Assembly: GCA_964016885.1 (NCBI GenBank)
Contig: OZ024751.1
Span: 27,156,001-27,220,000 of the forward strand
DNA: 64,000 nucleotides
Reading direction: 5' to 3'
From: Eledone cirrhosa
Lineage: Eukaryota
Of the stretch, positions 53,928 to 64,000 are shown piece after piece (the first letter of the stretch is position 1; every line of letters begins with the position of its first letter). The notes under the pieces were generated by a model, which saw nothing but the letters and a program-made list of their open reading frames with translations, did not search any database and had not been told where the DNA came from. Both the position numbers and the translations under genes were made by a program.

Positions 53928-54470
53928 TATGAATTATTGTGTAGTGCTCAGGTGCACTACAACTCGTCAAAGGTGTATGTATAGTACATAGAATAATGTA
54001 CAAATGACAGGAAAGTGAAGAGTGTACGAGTCATGATATACATATGTATGGAGGGGAGATATCAGGTGTAGTGTCAGCGAATCTCAGGAAGGATACGTGT
54101 TTAAAAGGATGCAGTGTCTCGACAGCTAACAACTGATGCAGGTAATTCCATGCTACAACTCTGAGCAGGAAAAAAAAAATGTTTCCAAGTTGGGTTTGCT
54201 TCTATTTACCCTAATATTATTTAGTGGGATTTATAGAGGAACCTATGAGAACTTAAGGTATTTCAATATCTCCCATGGCGGAACCATATTAGTCATACAG
54301 GCTGGGGACACCATGTGCATGTGGTGAAATATTGGTAGAGGCATGAAATAGTTAGGGCCCAGCAGTGGGTTAATACAGACCATTTGAAATATGGTAGTGA
54401 GGAGGATCACATCTCTTGTACATACTTTCCTCTTCCACCAGCATGTCAGAGTCCATTGTTTAACAGATAT
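53928..54470 (-). mobile_element. CR1-type LINE 3' end
   Basis: FF..RVVAWNYL.ASVVSCRDTASFK resembles the CR1/L2 FFSxRVxxxWNxLP...FK motif, followed by a 3' UTR also seen at 42253. Confidence 0.7.
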
Positions 54471-56940
54471 AATAATTTCTAATTTAGTCACAAGGTCAAC
54501 AATCTTATTTTATTGACATGGGATGAAATGCTAACTATGGTACGATTTGATTCAGAATGGAAACATCGAGAACAAGTATTGTAAAGTGTATAAAATATAA
54601 TTTAGGCACAAGACCAGTATTTTTTTTTGGGGGGGGGGGGGGGGGGGGTAGATTAAAATTTACAGAAGTACTTGACTGAGTGTGATGACAAAGTTGAGCT
54701 GGAATTTGAACTCAGAATATAAAGAGTTGAAACAAGTATCACCAAGCATATAAAATATGTAATATACATAATACAATAACAACAACAAAATTATTTCAAA
54801 ATAATTTATTCTGATTTTTTATATTTTTTAATATTTTAATTTTTTTGTGGGGGTAGGGGGAGTCTTTTGTGTTTTTCTTTTTTTTTTTTTGGAAAATAGT
54901 TTTATTTTTCTTCTTTTTACATTTTTCTTTGTACAAGAATCTCCATAAACATGTATACATTATATGTGCATACATTAGTGTGTATACATATGTGTATACG
55001 TTAGTGTGTATACAGTGGTGTGTATGTATGTGTGTATACACAAATTGCTGATATCACAAAAAAAGTGTCAGGAAGGGCGAGTGGGGGAAATAATTACTAC
55101 AGGGTTTTTGCATTCTAAAACCTGCAGTGAGACACAGATGTCTGAGACTGGTGACCCCACATGTGAGGCTTCACCCATTGTGGGGTGGGGGAGCAGGGAA
55201 CAGTCGATTGACAAAAACAACAAAGAGAAAAAAAATTATAAAGAAAATCCGCCCCCAGTGCCTGACTGGTACTTTTATCGACCTTAGAAGGACAAAAGGT
55301 AAAGTTAACCGTGGCGGGATTTGAACTCGGAACATAAAAAAGGGGACGCAATATAATAGAAAAAAACGGGGACATGCCCTAAAAGTTAAAAAGAAAAGCC
55401 TTTCCACACACAGACACAAACACACACACACACACACACACACATGTAGACAGACAAGATGAAGCATTCAAATATGTTATTTAGTTCCAAAGCTCTAATA
55501 TTCAACAGTCTTATCAAGGAACAACAATATAGGGTAAGTTTAACCCCCAAAAGCTGCAATTGATCCCTCCAATGTTGAGTGAGGAAGAATGATCCAGGTG
55601 ATCCAGGTGTGATCAAGGTGACACCAACTCAAAGTTAATTCATTTTAGAAACTTTCTTTACCTAACTTCCCAGAAGACAAATATAATTGTGCAAAAGCCA
55701 CAAATACTTGCACTCATGTAGTGTGTGTGTGTGTGTGTATATATATATACACACACACCGACACAGTGTGTATGTGGCAGAGCTAATTAATAAAAAATAT
55801 AGGAAGAAAACAAATATAGAAGAAATATAGTGAAAGGAATTAGTTAACATATGGCTGATGGGGGGGGGGGGTATTGGAAAGAGGGAGATATATGTCAGGG
55901 GGGGGGGTATTGGAGAGAGAGAGAGAGAGAGAAGCGGGTTAAATAGTGGTGGGGTAGGGTGTTGATTACATCCAGAAATATACACATGCGCGCACACACA
56001 TGTATGCATATGTACAAGTAACTGGTAGGTAGCTGGTTATAGAACTAGTACTGTATTACTACAGAACTAGTACTGTATTACTATAGAACTAGTACAATTT
56101 AAACGGTGAAAGGGGTGGAAGTTACTCCCAGAAAAAAATTGATGAACAAACAAAAAAACAAAAAACAAAAAGAAAAAGACCAAATATCAAGTAAATAAAA
56201 ATTCAGAGGAGACGAGGGAGGGGGCACAGATTACAGACGTGTGTGAGAGAGGACAGCTGTGGCCTGATCAAGTTTGTCACTGCTATGCCTTACAACTGAC
56301 CCGAGGTGTTTAGACCTGGAATGTTACTCTCCATGGCACAAACCTGGGCAAAGTGGTGTTTTTTTGTAGAAGGCCAGCGGTCACCCACTATAATTACAAC
56401 CCTGTCTCTATGATCAAAGTTGTCCAAGAACAAGGAAAAGGCTGATACAGCTTGGCACCAGTGATATCGCAACTCTTTCTCAACGAATAGACTGGAACAA
56501 CATAAAATAAAGTAACTTGCTTAAGGATACAATACAGCAGCCAGCCCAGGTATCAAACTGATGACTGAGAGCAACACTAACTGAGGAGCCACACACTTTC
56601 TCTAACACTATAATTGTAAGATCAACACAATGTAGTGTAGTGTAGTGTGGTGTGTAGTGTGTAGTGTAGTGTAGTGTAGTGTGTGGTGTGTAGTGCGGTG
56701 TGTGGCACCTGAATAATGTCAGTATTTGGTCCAAATTCAATAAGGCTGTGTTGTGTTAAACTATTTCTATTAGTGATATTATGTCTAACTAGATCCAGTG
56801 ATTATGCGACAGTTATAAAGAGGTGACAAGGGGAGAGGACATGCCTTTATGTACGAGTTTCTGAGGAATAAGTGGGCAAAGAAGAGAAGATACTTTCTCA
56901 CTAGACAGACAAGTTTTATTTGGAGAAATAATTTAAAAAC

Positions 56941-56981
<41 letters not shown>

Positions 56982-58713
56982 TTCTTGGGGTTAGAGGCCA
57001 GACTGGAGCAGAGTTTACCCTGGTGTTGACCGAGTAAGGTTCCCCAGCTCTGGATGGGACAACATTCTGCCAAAGACTGGAGCAACGTGAAATAAAGTAG
57101 AAGGACACAAAAGGCTGCCCAGTCCAGAGATGAAACTGATGAGAGCAACACGTTAACCACGACAGAACATACCACCTTCACAGGTTGTAGTAGATATTAC
57201 TGCTACTGCATATCACAAGGAAGGAAAGTTTATGAAAGGATTCAAGATTACACTATTTGTGTATATGTGTGTCTCTGTGTCTGTGTGTCTGTGTGTCTGT
57301 GTGTGTGTGTCTGTGTGTCTCTGTGTCTCTGTGTCTGTGTGTCTGTGTGTCTGTGTGTCTCTGTGTGTGTGTCTCTGTGTCTCTGTGTGTGTCTCTGTGT
57401 GTCTGTGTGTGTGTCTGTGTGGCTGTGTGTCTGTGCGTGGCTGTGTGTCTGCCTGTGTGTGTGTGTGTCTGTGCCTGTGTGTACACAAAGATGTATCAAC
57501 TGAACTATTCATTGAATTAATATTTAAGTGGCTGAGTATTCCACAGACATGTAGCTTTAACATAATTCTCAAAGAGAATGACAATGTGTTGTCAGTCTGG
57601 ACATTTAAATTACAGGTATAATCTACCTAGTTTCATTGACAAGGTGTGAGTTGACCAAAGGCTACAGTGAGACACCTGTCTGGGGTGAGACACCTGTCTG
57701 AAGTGTCACATGGCAGGATTGACCCAGGCCCTTATAATTGCAAAGTGAATTGTTAACCCTTCAGCAGGCTAGGAGGGAGATAGTAAGGGGGTGGGGGATG
57801 AAGGGGGTGGGGTTAAATAATAAACTAATTTGACAAATGAAAATTTAAGAAACATCAAACAGGAGAGAGAGAGAGAGAGAGAAAGAGAGTAAAAGAGAGA
57901 GAGTGGGTGAAAGAGAGAGAGTGAAAGAGAGAGGGGGGAGGGACAGGAGGTTGATAGGGAGAGAGAGAGGAGGGAGGTGGTTAAAAGATATTGAGATCAA
58001 ATTAAATATATTTTAAAAGTACTTTTACGATATGCAACAACAGTTATTGTTGCACATCTGGTGCTGCACTGTTACATAACTCGATTATAATCTATAACAT
58101 ATTGTTAGTTAAACTGTAGAGATGTGTGTGGAGATGCGCGTGCGTGTAGAGAGAGAGGTGTGTGGAGATGTATGTGCACATACGTACGAGATTGCGTGAC
58201 ATGTACATGAGCGTGTGTGTGCACATACGTACAAGAGTGTGTGTGTGTGAACATTTGCATGAGAGAGAAAGAGAGAAAGAGAGAGAGAGAGAGGGGGGGG
58301 GGTGCATGTGAGTGAGTGTGTGTGTGTGTGTGCGCGTGTTTTTGCAGAGACCATATCGACAAAGTGGTCCATATGTTTATATGAGAGATAAATGGCTTAG
58401 CCTTTTCTTCCTGAAGATGAGCGTTTTAGGGAGAAAACGGAGAATCTGGGTGTTTAAGGGGGATACTTTGAGGACATAAAAATAGATCTTTTAGTAGTTC
58501 AACCCTTTTGGTACCGAACCACCTCTGCTTCAATAACTGTTTTATAGTGTTTATAGTGATCTAAAAACCAACAATATTAAGTAAGAACCTTTGATAAGTT
58601 ATGCTAAGAGAAATTAGGTTTTTAAGGAGTTGTTTAAGAACAAGGTGAATTGAGGTTTTTTAAGGGTAGTTTAAGCACCTAAATGAGTCAGAGGGACTTA
58701 ATCCACTTTAATG

Positions 58714-58747
<34 letters not shown>

Positions 58748-59964
58748 ATCACATCAAGAAGGACTGGTGACTCTAGTGTGTAGGTTCGAGACCTAGAAAT
58801 ATAGCGAAAAGTAGGAGCAGTGAAGTATGAAAAGTAGATACCATGGTATACGTGTACCCTGGAAATATAGTGACAGGGACCATGTCGAGCGTGCCTTCCG
58901 GAAATTTACAGGGCTAAGAAAAGCTTATAGCCCCCCCCCCCCCCCCCCCGAACATATCAAACTATAACCCTGAACTTCCTCTAACAAATATTATAACACG
59001 TACACATACATTTGTGGGTGTATATAAGTGTATGTATATATAATTATTAGATTTATAATTATTTCATATGGAGTTATACAGATGTATACACACACACACA
59101 TATTCCTATTATATATAATACCTCATTACCAAAATGCCAACCAAGCAAGTGCTTGGGTTACACATGTACTGACCCACCCACCAACCCATGTCTGTCAGTA
59201 GAGAAAAAAAATTAAATCTTGCACAGCACTTTAAAACAAAACAGTGGGTGGTGGTGGTGGTGGCAGTAGTGATGTAGTGTTGATGGTGTTGGGCAGTAGT
59301 GGTGGCAGTAGTTATGTCATGGTGGTGGTGGTGTAGTGTTGGTTGTGGTGGCAATAGTGGTGTGGTGGTGGAGTATTAGTGTTGGTGGCAGTAGTGGTGT
59401 AGTGTTGGAGGTGGTGGCAGTAGTGGTGTAGTGTTGGTGGTGGTGGCAGTAGTGGTGTAGTGTTGGAGGTGGTGGCAGTAGTGGTGTAGTGTTGGAGGTG
59501 GAGTCATTGGGGCTAGTGGGTGATGAAGTCTAAAACAGATGTTAACCCTTTAAACAGAAGAGTGGCCCTTAATACGATAGACAGAAGTTGGGGATTTGTG
59601 AGTGTGTATGGATGTGTGTGTATGGATGTGTGCATAACCATGTGTGTGTGTGTCACTATGAGTATGCAACTGTGTGTGTGTGTGTGTGTAAAAGAGGGTT
59701 CCAGCCCCCAGCCAAAAAATGAAATGACAATAACTCAGTTTACCTCTCATACAAGAAATAAAATAAAATAGAAGCACCACCACCATCAACAACAGTAGTA
59801 ACAACATCAGTAATAATAGTAACAACTAGTAAACACCACCACCAACAATAACAACAGTAACAACAACAACAGTAGTAGTAACTAGTAAGCTGTGAATAAA
59901 GAACTATATCAAAGCTAATAGCAATATCAATCTGTTTTGATTTTTTTTCATATCTAATTATTCA

Positions 59965-60395
59965 CTTTCACACACACACACACACACACATATGTACATT
60001 AAACACACACACACACGTACATTAAACACACACACACACACACACGTACATTAAACACACACACGTACATTAAACGCGCACACACACACACACATGTACA
60101 TTAAACGCACACACACACACACACGTACATTAAACGCACAGACACACACACACATGTACATTAAATACACATACATTAAACACATGTACATTAAACACAC
60201 ACACACAAATGTACATTAAACACACACACACAAATGTACATTAAACACACACACACAAATGTACATTAAACACACACACACACACACAAATGTACATTAA
60301 ACACACACACACACATACATTAAACGCACACACACACATACATACATTAAACGCGCGCGCGCGCGCACACACACACACATTAAACACACTCACAA
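59965..60395. repeat. GTACATTAAAC(AC)n compound minisatellite
   Basis: About 16 units. Confidence 0.9.
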
Positions 60396-61070
60396 ACATC
60401 CATGCATTCATTCAAACACATACATCCATGTATGTACACCAAATACACAACACAAACACATACACATACACGTACACATTGGAAAGAAAATTGAAAGAGA
60501 AAAAAGAAACAAGTTTTTTGTAAAGAATTCTTCCTAAAATATAGAAACATTTTACCATTGAAAATAGATTTTTTTTCTCCAGAACCTTTTGAAATCTGAA
60601 GAGTGGCATGGGATGAGGGAGTGTGGAGCTCTGGGGTGGTGGGGTGGAATTATATGTGGCATGGGATGAGGGAGTGTGGAGCTCTGGGGTGGTGGGGTAG
60701 AATTATATGTGGAATGGAGGGGGGGGGGGAGACAGAACAATTTGTTTTCCCATTGTGTTAGTGTGTAAGTATATATATGTCAGTTTGTGTGTGTGTGTGT
60801 TTGTGTGTGTGTGTGACTAAACTTCGTCCAGACATCCATCATTTAAGGGTGTGGGCTGAGGTGAGGATGAGAGGAGCAGAAGTAGCAAGAGAGAGGGTGG
60901 ACCCCATGTGGGGGTGGGGAGGTGTTGTCAAGGTATCAAAAAAAAAAAGGAAGAGCAAAAACCCCAAAATATGTGAAAAAGTTAAGCTCTGTCATTACAA
61001 GGAGGGTGTGTTTAGATATGGTGGTGGTATGGGAGTGTGGGTGTGTGGTGGGGCAGGGTTAAAGTTGTGG

Positions 61071-62636
61071 CTAGGAACACTGTAGGTAAGGTTGTGGACA
61101 TAGAGGACAAGAAGAGATGGAAGTGCTGCCTACTTGATAGAAAGGGAGATAACTGTAGTAATGACTTCCGCCATTCGAGGTGTTATAGGGTCCATAAAAT
61201 ACTTGGTCCAATATCAAATTGTTTAGGTTGTCAAACTGTGGCAGTTGTAAGTATTTACTCTGGGCCTTCTGTTCCTGTTCTACCAACATCTCACAAGCCA
61301 ACTGATGTATTAGGTTTAATGTTTGTCGTCGTTCATGGCCCATCAAACAGATCGTGCTGTCATCAACCACCCGGTATAGGGTCATCAAATACTCGTATTT
61401 CAGGTCCTCCTCGCCACTAAAATGGTTTGCTAGATAAGCATCTAGCTTCTGTTTTTGTTGCGACAAGTCGCTGAAATCTATGAAAAACCTGGAACACATA
61501 TAGCGTTCCATGGCACGGATGTCCACATTGCCAGCTGGTGTGTAACGCCTCACCAACAGGTTACAGTATTTCAGTAAACCGCCACCTCGTATCTCTTCCG
61601 GGTTTCTCGTAGCGATTAGCTTTTCGGTTAAGTGGAACCAGGCTTGCGAAAAGTCCCCGTACACACTCTCAGCTTTCACTGTTGGGTAAAAATGCTCGCT
61701 AGTCGGAGTGTTGGAGACTTCATAGAACGTTAACAGACTGTCTAAGATTATCTGAAAGGAATCAACGCTAAATTCAAACTGACGTTTCATTTTGTCCACA
61801 AACTTTAGCTCCACATTTTTACCTTTGTTATTTGAGAGTGATATCAAACTCCAACGGTCACCATGTTCATTACATACTTTCACCATTTTCTGAACATAAG
61901 CTTCTTTCAAACTACAGCTGCTCATCCTGTCTTTACTGACGCCAGCTGGCAGAAAGTCTAACAGGCAGCCGAGAACACAATTCTTCACTTTTTGAAGTTC
62001 ATTCTGGTTGGAGAGATCAATACCAAATATCAAGTCCAAGTCATTGTAAGTCTGAGATGTGTCAGTCTCCAAGACGTAGCTGGCTGCACCACCATTTAAT
62101 CGCATGTCACGTACGTGTACCCCTTCTGACTTCAGCTTCTGTCGTACCAGCTGGACGAGGTCCTTCAATTTGACATCGAGGGTGGGGAAATTACCGCGAC
62201 CATGGATCGGAATAGATGCCTCCATTACTTCCACTAGCCGCATCAGTTGGTCATATTCCAAGACCTTGAAGCGACAGGACGACTGTGTGTCCTCAATTAA
62301 TTCTGTCGAACCGAAAAACATCTGGTCATCTAGACTACTGGAGCCATCAATATTACAGGCCACATCATCATCATCATCATCATCATCATCATTGTCATCA
62401 CATGTTTCACTCGGCACATCATCCCCCACCTCTATTTCCTCCTCAGAGACTGGTTCCACAGTAACCACGGTAACAACATCAAGGTCTGTAGTCGTCGTAG
62501 ATGTTCCTTTCTGAGTGTCATCAGTATCTTTCCCAATGGTGTTGGTGCAGCAGATTGCAGTGCCTGCAGGTACAACTGTAGCAGAAGTGGCTGGACCACT
62601 AGACATGGCAACAGCACAAACACTATCTGTAGCCAT
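61071..62636 (-). CDS. TENT5: Terminal nucleotidyltransferase 5 (FAM46) non-canonical poly(A) polymerase, 521 aa, single coding exon
   Basis: [31 protein letters not shown] (DxD), [80 protein letters not shown] are FAM46 hallmarks; in-frame TGA four codons upstream of the ATG. Confidence 0.97.
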   Translation of the reverse strand: MATDSVCAVAMSSGPATSATVVPAGTAICCTNTIGKDTDDTQKGTSTTTTDLDVVTVVTVEPVSEEEIEVGDDVPSETCDDNDDDDDDDDDVACNIDGSSSLDDQMFFGSTELIEDTQSSCRFKVLEYDQLMRLVEVMEASIPIHGRGNFPTLDVKLKDLVQLVRQKLKSEGVHVRDMRLNGGAASYVLETDTSQTYNDLDLIFGIDLSNQNELQKVKNCVLGCLLDFLPAGVSKDRMSSCSLKEAYVQKMVKVCNEHGDRWSLISLSNNKGKNVELKFVDKMKRQFEFSVDSFQIILDSLLTFYEVSNTPTSEHFYPTVKAESVYGDFSQAWFHLTEKLIATRNPEEIRGGGLLKYCNLLVRRYTPAGNVDIRAMERYMCSRFFIDFSDLSQQKQKLDAYLANHFSGEEDLKYEYLMTLYRVVDDSTICLMGHERRQTLNLIHQLACEMLVEQEQKAQSKYLQLPQFDNLNNLILDQVFYGPYNTSNGGSHYYSYLPFYQVGSTSISSCPLCPQPYLQCS

Positions 62637-62679
62637 TGCCAGTTGTCACAACTTTATGGCAGTGTTTCAACAGTGGATT

Positions 62680-62699
62680 CTGGAAAGAGAAAGAAAACA
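62680..62699 (-). promoter_or_regulatory. Splice acceptor of the TENT5 coding exon (exon starts at 62679)
   Basis: Minus: TTTTCTTTCTCTTTCCAG|AATCC, 43 nt upstream of the ATG; implies an upstream non-coding exon. Confidence 0.75.
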
Positions 62700-63684
62700 T
62701 TTACATAATTGTTGATAAACTGCAGTGACAACAACAACAACCATCACAACACCAACTGTCACAATACCATCAACCACCGTCAACAACCACTGACAACCAG
62801 TCACAACCACTGTCACAATAATAACCAGTCACAATACCAGCAACCACAACCAGTCACAACCACCACCATCACAACAATACTAATGGTCTCTCGACCTTCT
62901 AGAAATAGCAGCCAAATCACAAGACATTTTAAATATGGAAATGGTAAAGATAACTGCGAGATGAACATGTCTAAGGCCTTTGATCAGAGGTCTGATGGTG
63001 ACTGACCTAGGGCTAAACAGTCACCACACATTCTAGTATCTCCACTACAACATGACATTGGTCACCTGTGTGGATTTACACTGTAGAGGTCAACACAACA
63101 CTGACCATCTGGATTAACGAGTGAAGCCACAACACTGACACCTGGGGCCCAAGTTGTTGACCTCCTCGTGTTGGGGTCTAGAAACTGGTCACTCATGTTC
63201 AGGTGAACGACAACAGACAGCAACAGGCTCATACTCAAGAAGCTGGCCTCCAACCAGGTTGCATCTCATAGCTAGTTTCTCAGGTGTTTTAATAATAGGG
63301 ACCCCAACCAATTCCTGTCATGAAAAACAACATGAAATAAAGAATCTTACTAAAGACCACAGTATGACACCTGGACTTGGAATCGAACCCAACGTCCGTA
63401 ACCATTAGACCACATGGCCACTTCTTTGACGGTAATGGCTGGTCAGAGAGATTGATTGGGGTGGGGGTGGGGTGGGGCTATTGATGATATAGCCATGGGT
63501 GAGGACCAACCAGATTGATCAAGGACTATTGAACGGTAAAGGTAGGGTTTTAATGCCTTGGGCCAGTGGTGAGACAGGACAACGTAAACACAGGTGAAAT
63601 AGCAGTTTTGTAAACAGCTGTTTAAAAATATAATTGTATATAGCTGACCATATTTGGAGTTTTGTTTCATTAGACAGTCGGTGT

Positions 63685-63900
63685 GAGAGAGGGAGATGTT
63701 TCGTTTAGAGAGACGTAAAGAGAGATATAGGAAGACAGACGTTGAGAGAGAGAGACAGGTAGAGAGAGAGACAGGTAGAGAGACGTTGAGAGAGAGACAG
63801 GCAGAGAGATGTTGAGAGAGAGACAGGTAGAGAGACGTTGAGAGAGAGAGAGAGACAGGTAGAGAGACGTTGAGAGAGAGAGAGACAGGTAGAGAGAGAG
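63685..63900. repeat. (GA)-rich minisatellite (GACGTTGAGAGAGAGACAGGTA)
   Basis: Direct reading. Confidence 0.85.
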
Positions 63901-64000
63901 TGACAGATGGTAAGATTGTCACTGTCACGTAACAGAGGGGAGACAGAATATGGTAGTCTGCGAAAGTGAAGGGGAGAGAGTGGCTGAGAGAAGACTAGAG

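Noticed and set aside
62104-62514. 136-aa plus-strand ORF (also 61037-61420 and 1129-1764)
   Set aside because: Antisense shadows of real coding sequence.

Overview
AT-rich, microsatellite-saturated animal genomic DNA; the SINE/RTE repertoire and (TA)n density suggest an octopus (inference). Two host genes lie on the minus strand: a complete single-coding-exon TENT5/FAM46 non-canonical poly(A) polymerase (61071-62636) and the first coding exon of a Piccolo/RIM-family active-zone gene (24739-24974; MGNETS N-terminus, DLSHLTEDE helix, AG|GTAAGT donor) whose intron appears to run off the left end. The rest is decayed mobile DNA (Gypsy pol, deleted mariner, two Penelope-like RT fragments, RTE, CR1 and RLE-type LINE pieces, two tRNA-derived SINE families), a 65-nt U2 snRNA 5' fragment and many mini/microsatellites. 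The most interesting signal is a set of short non-coding elements lodged in (TA)n tracts. Several unrelated families share a fold-back layout (inverted copy plus an unpaired tail) and carry type I hammerhead ribozyme motifs (one with an intact core at 43892-43929; three families have U.U at the base of stem II) or, in one family, a tRNA-like cloverleaf. All alignments and folds were done by eye and repeat boundaries are approximate.
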